From a virus (lineage: Duplodnaviria > Heunggongvirae > Uroviricota > Caudoviricetes): a DNA stretch of 36,407 bases. This document shows, in pieces, positions 28,230-36,407 of the stretch (its first letter is position 1; every line of letters begins with the position of its first letter). The stretch is from positions 376,029 through 412,435 of the IMG/VR virus record IMGVR_UViG_3300032007_000003; one strand, 5' to 3'. Position numbers and translations under genes: made by a program. The notes below the pieces were generated by a model, which was not told where the DNA came from, searched no databases, and saw nothing but the letters and a program-made list of their open reading frames with translations.

Positions 28230-28738
28230 AAATAGAAATTGTACTAGTGGTACAAGTAGAACAAAACAATAAACAACGGATACTATTATTCACCGTGTTT
28301 ATTCTGTGGCTTTAAATTTCAAACAACACCCAAAGTAGTATTTGATATAGTGTGTTTGAAATGAACCAACGAATTACTACACAAATTCTTTTATCCATTT
28401 GACATATATTTAAATGAGATGCTAATCTCTTATTTTATATAAACACGAAATAGTTTTAGTAAACATACTTCATTTTTCAATTAAGAAATATTATAAAAGA
28501 AATTTCATAGTATTTTATGAATATTTTGAGAAAAATATTTAACTAAATAAAAAATTTGCTTGGAATTTAAACGTATTCCAAGCCTTTTTATTATTAAACG
28601 TATATTTATCTATAACAATTATCTTGTAATGAGATATTGTATAATATAATGCTGGTATACTTACCATTTATTGAACTCCATAGTTCTGAAAGACAATATG
28701 ATAATAATAAGATAAATAAAATAATTTTTTATAACATT

Positions 28739-31700
28739 ATGACGAAAAATATTAACTATGTTTCTCATAAAAAGAGCAAAGTTAAAAGTAATGGTAAACC
28801 ACAATTACCATCAGCTAATTCATTGGTTGAAGGTGAAATAGCCATTAACTATGCTGAAGACGTGGAAACATTATCAATCAAGAATGAGAGTGGAACTGTG
28901 GTTACATTCTCATCAGACAACTATTACACCGAACAGAAATTGGGTAGCGGATTCACTGGTAGTAATAGTGCAAAGACAGTTACTGACGTAATTGAGGAAA
29001 ACGAAGAAACCGTTTCTGCTGCACTTAATGATTTGGAAGACACCAAAGTAGATAAAGATATAGAAATGGGTCACTATAACACATTAAATAGTGGACTCAC
29101 AATACTTGCTGGTGTTGTTGCAGTTATAAAGGATGAGGTTAGTGGAAAGACAGATACAAGTGCCTTTACAGAACATACTAGTAATTCCAACTTACACTTC
29201 AGTGGTAATGAGAAGGAGAACTTGGATGCATTGACAACCAACATTGCAGCAATCAGTGGTATAACTGCTGATAATATAGATAGCTGGAATGCTGCTGCTG
29301 GTCAAGACCTAACTCAGTATTATAAGAAGACTGAAACAAGTGGCGCAACTGAATTATCAACCGCATTTGGTAATAAGGCTGACAGTAGTGATTTGGTATC
29401 ACTTAGTGGTACTGTTACTGCTCATACAGCAGATACAACCATACACGTAACAACAGATGATAAGAGCAAGTGGAATAACGTAGATAACAAGCTTAATACC
29501 TCTGATTTCAATACTTACAGTGGCGCTGTAGATACAGCTATCGGTAATAAGGTTGATAAAGTAAGTGGTAAAGACTTGTCATCAAATGACTTTACAGACG
29601 CATTAAAGACAAAGCTTGATAATATCGCTAGTGGCGCTGAGGTAAACGTACAAGCTGACTGGACAGAAACAGCTACAACTGCTGATTCATACATTCAGAA
29701 TAAGCCTACACTTGGTACTGCTGCTGCAAAGGGTGTATCTACTGGTATAACTAATAGTGATAACCTTATAGAAGCAAAACATATCTATAGTGGCGTTGGT
29801 GTTACTGTAGCTTATGATAGTGAGAGTCATTATATTCAGCTTAAGAATACTGCTGGTAGCGTATTGTCATCATTTGATGCATCTACATTCTTGGTAGATG
29901 GTATGGTTGATAGTGTAACCCTTGAAACAAAGAGTGGTTCTACATACCTTGTAATTACTTGGAATACAGCAGCTGGCAAAACGAAGACTGAACTCAACAT
30001 TGGTGACATCTTTGAAGCTGATAATTACTATACTACAGCACAAACAGACACTGCTATTGAGGCTGCTACAAGTGGTAAGGTTGATACAACTACATTTACT
30101 GCGCATACAGCAAGCACAGTACATATGACAACTACTGAGAAGACTAACCTTGATTCTCTTGAAACCAATATTGCTGCTATAAGTGGTATCACATCTACAA
30201 AGGTAAGTAACTGGGATGGAGCTGCTACTGATAGTCATACACATAGTAATAAGACTGTATTGGATGGTATATCATCAGATGATATTATCAATTGGAATAG
30301 TAAGACAAGTAATGTGGGTACTGTGACTAGTGTACAGATTGGTCTTCCAACAGGTCTTTCTGCTGCAACCACAGCAATTACAGAGAGTGGTAAATTCGAT
30401 GTTAAATTCAGTGACGGATACTCTATTCCAACAACATTAAAGCAAGGACAATGGGATGAAGCATATACTGCTAAACATAGTCATGATAATAAGACAGTAT
30501 TAGATGGTATTACAACAGCTAAGACATCTTCTTGGGATACTGCTGCAACTAGTGCTCACAATCATAGTAACAAGTCTACTCTTGATGCAATCACAGCTTC
30601 AAGTGCGGCTATTAATAGTTTGACTGGTGCTGTTGGTACGATGGCATTCCAAAATACAAGTAGTTATTCAAGTGCAACACAAGTACAAACAGCACTTGGA
30701 AAGAAGAGTGATACTGGACACACACATGTAAAGGCTGATATTACTGATTTCCCAACAATTAATAATGGCACATTCACTATAAGTGGAAATGGTGCATCAG
30801 TGGTATCCACCTCAGCAAATGCTAGCGCTAATAAGGGTCTTAATATCAAATCAAGTACTAATGTAACAATTACTACTGGAGCAAGTGAGATTACCATTGC
30901 TGCAACAGATACAACATATACTGCTGGTAGCTTTGTAACCATTACGGGTTCTAATAACAGTATCAATGTAACTACTGGTACAACTAGTTCTTCTGTTTCT
31001 CGTGGAGACCATAACCATGATGCTGTATATACCAAGATTACAGACTCTGAGGCAATGGAACAGACACTTGCTGCTGCAATAACTGATATTGATAGCAGAG
31101 CTGCTGATAAGGAAGAACTTAAGGCTCTTGTCAACGATTACCAGGACTTCAAACTGATGTATGAGAATCGTAGGGAGAGAAAGAGATTCACCAATAGAGA
31201 TGACTTCGTTGCAAGATTAAAGATGGCTGCTGCTGACCAAAACCTTGAAAGATATGGTTTGAAGGTCGGTGACTACTATACTACTACTAATGGTGGTAAA
31301 ACATACAACTATGTAATCGCAGGGCTTAACACAATGAAGGGTACACATAGTTACAGATTAACAACAGACCACGTTGGTATTATAGTTGATACAAATGATA
31401 CTCACGCTTGGAATGTAAGTGGTAATACATATCAGAGCACAAACACATATTCAACTGGAGGAACTTGGAAAACTGGTGCTTCTGCTGCTGGTTATGCTAA
31501 CTGTGACCTTCATTATTACTTAACTACTACAGTTCTCCCTTATGTTGAAGCAGACCTTGGCAGTGCAAATATAAAGAGTCATTATAAGTTATACTCAACA
31601 GCAGTCAATACAAGTGGTTATAACCGCTTTGGTTCAGCTGGAGGTTGTTCTTCTTCTTGGGCTTGGTATGCTGGGCAAAAGATATGTGCTCTCTCCGAGA

Positions 31701-31936
31701 TTCAAGTATATGGTTCAATAGTATGGAGTTCAAGTGGATATGACACTGGTGAGGCTTGCCGTCAGCTTGACGTATTCAGAGTGTACAATATGAACGAGAT
31801 ATTCGAGGGTCGCTATCCTTGGTTGAGAGACGTTGCTTCGGCTTCTAATGCCTGCCATGTGGGCTACCATGGCTATGCGGACACTACCGCTGCTTCTTAT
31901 GCTCATTACGTTGCTGCGCTTATCCTTTTTGCATAA
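28739..31936 (+). CDS. tail fibre / receptor-binding protein, DGR target with a C-terminal C-type-lectin-like domain
   Basis: N-terminal LVEGEIAINY fibre motif, HxH repeats, C-terminal LSEIQVYG...YPWLRDVAS domain carrying the VR. ATG at 28739 preferred. Confidence 0.88.
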   Translation: MTKNINYVSHKKSKVKSNGKPQLPSANSLVEGEIAINYAEDVETLSIKNESGTVVTFSSDNYYTEQKLGSGFTGSNSAKTVTDVIEENEETVSAALNDLEDTKVDKDIEMGHYNTLNSGLTILAGVVAVIKDEVSGKTDTSAFTEHTSNSNLHFSGNEKENLDALTTNIAAISGITADNIDSWNAAAGQDLTQYYKKTETSGATELSTAFGNKADSSDLVSLSGTVTAHTADTTIHVTTDDKSKWNNVDNKLNTSDFNTYSGAVDTAIGNKVDKVSGKDLSSNDFTDALKTKLDNIASGAEVNVQADWTETATTADSYIQNKPTLGTAAAKGVSTGITNSDNLIEAKHIYSGVGVTVAYDSESHYIQLKNTAGSVLSSFDASTFLVDGMVDSVTLETKSGSTYLVITWNTAAGKTKTELNIGDIFEADNYYTTAQTDTAIEAATSGKVDTTTFTAHTASTVHMTTTEKTNLDSLETNIAAISGITSTKVSNWDGAATDSHTHSNKTVLDGISSDDIINWNSKTSNVGTVTSVQIGLPTGLSAATTAITESGKFDVKFSDGYSIPTTLKQGQWDEAYTAKHSHDNKTVLDGITTAKTSSWDTAATSAHNHSNKSTLDAITASSAAINSLTGAVGTMAFQNTSSYSSATQVQTALGKKSDTGHTHVKADITDFPTINNGTFTISGNGASVVSTSANASANKGLNIKSSTNVTITTGASEITIAATDTTYTAGSFVTITGSNNSINVTTGTTSSSVSRGDHNHDAVYTKITDSEAMEQTLAAAITDIDSRAADKEELKALVNDYQDFKLMYENRRERKRFTNRDDFVARLKMAAADQNLERYGLKVGDYYTTTNGGKTYNYVIAGLNTMKGTHSYRLTTDHVGIIVDTNDTHAWNVSGNTYQSTNTYSTGGTWKTGASAAGYANCDLHYYLTTTVLPYVEADLGSANIKSHYKLYSTAVNTSGYNRFGSAGGCSSSWAWYAGQKICALSEIQVYGSIVWSSSGYDTGEACRQLDVFRVYNMNEIFEGRYPWLRDVASASNACHVGYHGYADTTAASYAHYVAALILFA
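31832..31924 (+). repeat. DGR variable repeat (VR)
   Basis: 93-bp ungapped match to 32502-32594 with 15 mismatches, each opposite an A in the TR. Confidence 0.96.
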
Positions 31937-31981
31937 AAAGGATTTAACTAAACATTGCTACCCTCGTGTGGGGTAGCAATG
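31922..31981 (+). promoter_or_regulatory. two hairpins 3' of the VR (candidate DGR target-recognition elements)
   Basis: ATCCTTTTT-GCAT-AAAAAGGAT (31922-31943) and CATTGCTACCC-TCGTGTG-GGGTAGCAATG (31953-31981). Confidence 0.7.
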
Positions 31982-32022
31982 ATAATTGTGAAATAATTTA
32001 AGAATAAAAAATACTTATTGTT

Positions 32023-32469
32023 GTGAGTGTTGTAAAATCAAAACGAAATAAGAGTAAAATAGAATTTGAAATGATATATTTTAAAGTTGCTGATGGGGTT
32101 GACAACTTGATAGAACATAATTTCTATGCAAAAGGTGATTTATTAGAGAAAAATCGTGTATTCCTTGAAATAAGGTACAAATCACTTGAAGAACTTACCG
32201 ATACTCTGTTATATCACATAAAGATAGCAAACTCCATATATCCAACTTGTATGACTGAATGGGAAGAAAGAAGAACAACCATTGGAAAGGCTATTGGAAC
32301 GTGTTATGCAATTCTCACACATTATCAGCGGATAATGATGAGACTGAGAATACCCGACAACAAATATGTCGATAACATTGCTGATGTTGTTAGGATGATA
32401 AACAGTCTTAAAGCATGGAGAAAAAGTGATAATAAGTTAAAGATAACACTTGAAAATAAACAACAATAA
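32023..32469 (+). CDS. avd: DGR accessory variability determinant (Avd-like four-helix bundle)
   Basis: 148-aa basic helical protein between VR and TR; MSVVKSKR start, IANSIYP, LKAWRKSD. Confidence 0.85.
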   Translation: MSVVKSKRNKSKIEFEMIYFKVADGVDNLIEHNFYAKGDLLEKNRVFLEIRYKSLEELTDTLLYHIKIANSIYPTCMTEWEERRTTIGKAIGTCYAILTHYQRIMMRLRIPDNKYVDNIADVVRMINSLKAWRKSDNKLKITLENKQQ

Positions 32470-32501
32470 AGTAAAATAATAAATAGGTTTGATTCTGTAA
32501 G

Positions 32502-32594
32502 GTTGCTTCAGCTTCTAATGCCTGCAATGTGAACAACAATGGCAATGCGAACAATAACACTGCTTCTAATGCTAATTACGTTGCTGCGATTAAC
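32502..32594 (+). ncRNA. DGR template repeat (TR)
   Basis: AAY-rich intergenic copy of the VR between avd and RT. Confidence 0.95.
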
Positions 32595-32746
32595 GTCTGA
32601 CTAATTGATACACAAGAATCATGGTTGTTCGGATGATAAGGAGAATTAAACCTTCCGTTTCATAAACGGTAAATATGTAGGGTGACGTTTCTTGATACGT
32701 CAAATGAAACTATAAGCGCCCTGCTTTTTTATGAAATAAAATTGTT

Positions 32747-33886
32747 ATGATTGGTTTGGAAGAACTGTTTGAATTTGATAGACTGAATGATTGTACATAT
32801 GGAAGTACGACACAGAGCAGATGGAAGGAAACAACACAACGCTATCTTACCAACATGCTCATTAATAACTTGGGACTTCAGAAAGAAATACTTGAATATC
32901 AATATTCTGTAAAACCTACTGTAAATTTTGACTTGAATGAACGTGGTCGCATGAGACATATAGAAGCACCTGTTGTGAGGGACAGAATTGTTCAGAAGTC
33001 AATTACAGTTAATGTTCTTACACCTTCTTTAACACCATATGTGATATATGATAATTATGCCTCGTTGAAAAACAGAGGAACATCATTCGCAAGGAAACGA
33101 ATTGAGATAATGCTTAGACGTTATATAAGACAATATGGTATTGATGGATATATAATGCTTATAGATATTAAGAAATATTTCCAAAACATAGACCATGAAG
33201 TTTTAAAGTCCTTGATTAAACCAAAAATAGTTAACGTAAGCGAAGATGTGATGGACTTGATTAACTATATCATAGATACTAGTTCCAAGACTGACAAGGG
33301 TCTTAACCTTGGTAGTGAAGCACCACAAGTATTGGCATTATATTATCTTACGCCAGTAGATATATTTGTCAAAGTAGTTAAAGGAGTCAAGTACTATGGA
33401 AGGTATATGGATGATATTTTCGTAATAGGTAATTCAAAAAGTGAATTGATTTCTCTGCTTACTGAGATAGAAACTGTATTATCAACATTAAAACTTGAAA
33501 TAAACAAAAAGAAGACACAAATCATTAAATTGAGTCGTGGATTTATATTTCTACAGATTAAATATAATATATTGTCTAGTGGGAAGATATTGAAAAGACT
33601 TACTAGGAAGAAAATCGTAAGGGAAAGACGAAGACTTAAGTCATTACGAAGAATATGTGATATGGGTCTAATAAGCGAAAACGATGCGTGGAACTGTTAT
33701 CAATCATGGAGAGGTACTATTGTAAAAGACCATAATGCGTGTCACAAGACAATACTGAATATGGATAGGTTATATAAGGAATTATTTCCAACTCATACAT
33801 CAAGCATTAAGCATGGTAGAAAAGAAACGTGTGAAAGAGCATTTAGTTCTGCAAACGCAAAAGATTTGAATAAATTATTTATTTAA
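32747..33886 (+). CDS. DGR reverse transcriptase
   Basis: RDRIVQ, DIKKYFQNIDH, GLNLGSEAPQ, YGRYMDDIF, GFIFL; 379 aa with no maturase or endonuclease domain. Confidence 0.95.
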   Translation: MIGLEELFEFDRLNDCTYGSTTQSRWKETTQRYLTNMLINNLGLQKEILEYQYSVKPTVNFDLNERGRMRHIEAPVVRDRIVQKSITVNVLTPSLTPYVIYDNYASLKNRGTSFARKRIEIMLRRYIRQYGIDGYIMLIDIKKYFQNIDHEVLKSLIKPKIVNVSEDVMDLINYIIDTSSKTDKGLNLGSEAPQVLALYYLTPVDIFVKVVKGVKYYGRYMDDIFVIGNSKSELISLLTEIETVLSTLKLEINKKKTQIIKLSRGFIFLQIKYNILSSGKILKRLTRKKIVRERRRLKSLRRICDMGLISENDAWNCYQSWRGTIVKDHNACHKTILNMDRLYKELFPTHTSSIKHGRKETCERAFSSANAKDLNKLFI

Positions 33887-33899
33887 AAATATTTTAATT

Positions 33900-34550
33900 A
33901 TGATAAACGAAGATATTAATTTCGATAAGAGAAATGCCCTCAATGCTGAGAAGGCACAGTTAATGAGTAATCTTGCAGAAAACACATCACCAATAGGTGA
34001 CTGGAAGATTATGAAAATCTATGAGGCACGTATGAAGGGTGCTGAAGACCCATATGATTTTGATGAGCTGACTCTCCAGAGACAAGCCGCAAGAGACCGC
34101 ATTCAAGACATAAACATCGAGCTTAATAAACTTGATGGTATAGAGCCTACTGAGGAAGAACTCCTTACTCTTGCAAAGAGTAGAAAACAGAATGACATCA
34201 CTGAATATGATAATTCAGCCAATGTTAATTCATTCATTATCTACGGAGAACCAATGTGGCTTAACTTTGACCAGCGTTCACGTTTGATGGCTTCTCTTGA
34301 GGCTATAGAGGCTGACGGTGGCACTGAAATGACAAAGACTTTCGCTGGTAGGGAGTACACATTTTCAACAGCTCAGTGGAGATTTATGATAAATACTGTT
34401 GAAAACTATGCTAGTGCTTGTAAGAACATAACAGATGAACATAGAGAAAGTGTGTCTGAACTTGATAATATAGAGTCTGTGGAAGTTTATGATTATACAG
34501 TAGGATACCCAGCTAAAATTAATTTTGACGAGGAACTCTCAAATTTCTAA
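33900..34550 (+). CDS. tail fibre assembly-like protein (DUF4376-like C-terminus)
   Basis: GDWKIMKIYEA...PYD...RQAARDRI N-terminal domain; YDNSANVNSF...MWL...YDYTVGYP C-terminal domain. Family call is from recall. Confidence 0.6.
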   Translation: MINEDINFDKRNALNAEKAQLMSNLAENTSPIGDWKIMKIYEARMKGAEDPYDFDELTLQRQAARDRIQDINIELNKLDGIEPTEEELLTLAKSRKQNDITEYDNSANVNSFIIYGEPMWLNFDQRSRLMASLEAIEADGGTEMTKTFAGREYTFSTAQWRFMINTVENYASACKNITDEHRESVSELDNIESVEVYDYTVGYPAKINFDEELSNF

Positions 34551-34553
34551 TAT

Positions 34554-35099
34554 ATGAAAAAGGTATCTGAGATATTGGATATAGAAAAGAATAGAGATAA
34601 TGATTTAAATGTGATACATCTATTCAGATGCGGTATGTTCTACAGAGCATATAATTGGAGTGCTTGGCTGATGAATTCATTCTTATGCGATAAAAACCCA
34701 TTATCTGTGCTATGCAGAAAATATAAAAGTACTGATGAAGAATTTGTATTCATTGGGTTTCCTATAAAATCATTTGATAAATTTATTCCGAATCATGTTG
34801 AAGTAATATACATAGGAGATAATCAGATTGATGTTAAGGTAGAACTTACATTTGAAACGAATGATTCATTACGCCAACAGCATATGTGCGATATGTTCAA
34901 TGATTGGAAAAGTAATTTCAAACTACCAGTAGCAAAACCAAAATGTGATAAACATTTAAATAAGAAGACAAGTGAAGCATCTGTTAACATTTCATCAATT
35001 ATGACTCAGATTCTTTCATATCCATTGGAGGCTAAGACACCAATAGAAAATATAGAGTTCATAAGTAAGTTAAAAACACAACTTACGGCATTAATTTAA
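34554..35099 (+). CDS. MutS domain I-like small protein (MSL-type DGR accessory candidate)
   Basis: IHLFRCGMFYRAYNWSA...IGFP resembles the MutS mismatch-binding domain; LEAKTPIENIEFISKLK resembles the MutS C-terminal helix pair. Confidence 0.7.
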   Translation: MKKVSEILDIEKNRDNDLNVIHLFRCGMFYRAYNWSAWLMNSFLCDKNPLSVLCRKYKSTDEEFVFIGFPIKSFDKFIPNHVEVIYIGDNQIDVKVELTFETNDSLRQQHMCDMFNDWKSNFKLPVAKPKCDKHLNKKTSEASVNISSIMTQILSYPLEAKTPIENIEFISKLKTQLTALI

Positions 35100-35140
35100 C
35101 AAAAATAGATAAATAACTATTATTAAATAATAAATTGAAT

Positions 35141-35353
35141 ATGATTATAGTAAATTCAAAACACATTATTGCTGATGAAGGAAAAGTTCTCATCAGAACA
35201 TGGGATAATATGAACTTCGGATTCGAGGCATTCCTTGGACAAAGCATAAGGGATGGAGTGTTGGTTGATGACAAGCCAGAAGATTTTCATGAGGAAGATT
35301 ATACTCCTGGCGGAGGTGGTGATAACCCAATGAAAAATAATGAAGAGGAATAA
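35141..35353 (+). CDS. small hypothetical tail-associated protein
   Basis: IIADEGKVLIR...DKPEDFHEED; lies in the operon. Confidence 0.7.
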   Translation: MIIVNSKHIIADEGKVLIRTWDNMNFGFEAFLGQSIRDGVLVDDKPEDFHEEDYTPGGGGDNPMKNNEEE

Positions 35354-35377
35354 AATAATTTTAATATAGCATAAATC

Positions 35378-36407
35378 ATGAAGTATACAAAACAATATGA
35401 AACCGAATCAGCATACCTAGCTGACAGTGGAAAGACAAAGCCAAATGTGTCACTAGTCATTGAGGACGGGTCAAGCAAATTCAACCCATTTAGTATCGAT
35501 GGAAGAGTAGCAGAACCAGGAGCAATTGTAATGGTGAAGACAGTAACACCAACTGAGAGAATATTTGTTCCTTACGAATCTTATGATAAGAACACATATT
35601 CAGCATACACAGCAATCGCTGTTGTTGTAATGCCATTCTCTCATACACTAGACAATACAGTGAGAGTTATGTCACTTAAGAATATGGATTTAACATCACC
35701 AGACAGTGGTAGCGTAACAAAGAACGGTAGTTACTCAAGTATCTCATTCTACTGGGGTGGATATGGTACTGATGCAGGACTTCCAAAATTAGACAGAGTA
35801 CCTATAGTTGATATTAATGACCAAGATAGTGGTACTATTGGTTCTACTGATTGGATGAGAATTCCAAGTAATTACGTAAAAGGTAGCACATTTAGCGGTG
35901 GAACAGATTCTGTATTAGACCCTGGTACTAAATATTACAGTAGTATCGAAGCAGGAAGATGTGGAATATCTCCATATGCAATATATGATTGGAAATCAAC
36001 AAAATGCCTTGATGTAATTGATAAATCTCGTAATGCTATGAGAGATTATGACGGAAGTGGTAATACTGCTACAATACTTGCTCTTGATAATGCAGTGAGT
36101 ACTGATTGGCAGACTGCTTCAACTATTACTAATAACAGTGGTGCTACCAATATTCATGCTCCAGCTCAGTGCTGTTGGAGATATAGTACACTTGGTACAA
36201 CTCAAGGTCAATGGTATCTACCAGCTTGTGGCGAATTAGCTTATCTACCAGCAAGATATGCTGACATCAATGAGGCTCTTACAAGACTTATGGTTGCTGA
36301 TTCAACACAAGCTATCAGACTATGGAGAAACGACCCTACAGTACAAGACTCTGCCAGTTCTGTTTATGGCAGTTGGCTTTGGTCTTCGTCTGAGAACAGT
36401 GTTAACA
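35378..36407 (+). CDS. DUF1566/Lcl-like lectin-fold protein, 3'-truncated (missing from the supplied ORF track)
   Basis: Translated by hand: open from ATG 35378 to the window end, with DGSGNTATI, PAQCCWRY, QWYLPACGEL, WLWSSSENS. Confidence 0.8.
   Translation, partial: MKYTKQYETESAYLADSGKTKPNVSLVIEDGSSKFNPFSIDGRVAEPGAIVMVKTVTPTERIFVPYESYDKNTYSAYTAIAVVVMPFSHTLDNTVRVMSLKNMDLTSPDSGSVTKNGSYSSISFYWGGYGTDAGLPKLDRVPIVDINDQDSGTIGSTDWMRIPSNYVKGSTFSGGTDSVLDPGTKYYSSIEAGRCGISPYAIYDWKSTKCLDVIDKSRNAMRDYDGSGNTATILALDNAVSTDWQTASTITNNSGATNIHAPAQCCWRYSTLGTTQGQWYLPACGELAYLPARYADINEALTRLMVADSTQAIRLWRNDPTVQDSASSVYGSWLWSSSENSVN

Larger units (their letters stand above)
31832..33886 (+). mobile_element. diversity-generating retroelement core (VR-hairpins-avd-TR-RT)
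   Basis: TR/VR pair with adenine-only mismatches, an Avd-like gene and an intact RT in canonical order. Confidence 0.96.

Noticed and set aside
28637-28738. Upstream TTG start for the DGR target (also the extended starts at 18266, 23966 and 4959)
   Set aside because: The extensions are low-complexity AT-rich leader sequence; the downstream ATGs fit better.
32747-33886. RT as a group II intron, retron or Abi RT
   Set aside because: No maturase or endonuclease domain; the TR/VR pair and avd identify a DGR.
1-36407. Stop-codon reassignment (TAG to Gln, as in Lak and some crAss-like phages)
   Set aside because: Long genes are intact under code 11, coding density is high, and TAG ends several genes at plausible positions.

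Overview
This window is part of a large, AT-rich tailed dsDNA phage read in the standard genetic code. Ten copies of a Bacteroidota-type TTTG-N19/20-TAnnTTTG promoter point to a Bacteroidota host. The left part (1-9.7 kb) holds a UvrD-like helicase, small early genes, a tRNA-like/ncRNA cluster, a phage sigma-70 factor, two parS-consensus sites beside a possible origin, and a GIY-YIG/AP2 endonuclease. The middle (9.8-21.7 kb) holds putative virion-cargo proteins (ART-like, Dps-like, PRTase-like), a family B DNA polymerase with a 355-aa LAGLIDADG intein, and a second GIY-YIG gene. The right part (21.8-36.4 kb) is a tail-fibre cluster ending in a complete diversity-generating retroelement (DGR). 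The DGR comprises a target fibre with its VR (31832-31924), hairpins, avd, the TR (32502-32594; all 15 mismatches fall at TR adenines) and an RT. It is followed by a fibre-assembly-like gene, a mini-MutS-like accessory gene, and a second lectin-type candidate target that runs off the window. All product calls come from motif recognition by eye; no database searches were run.
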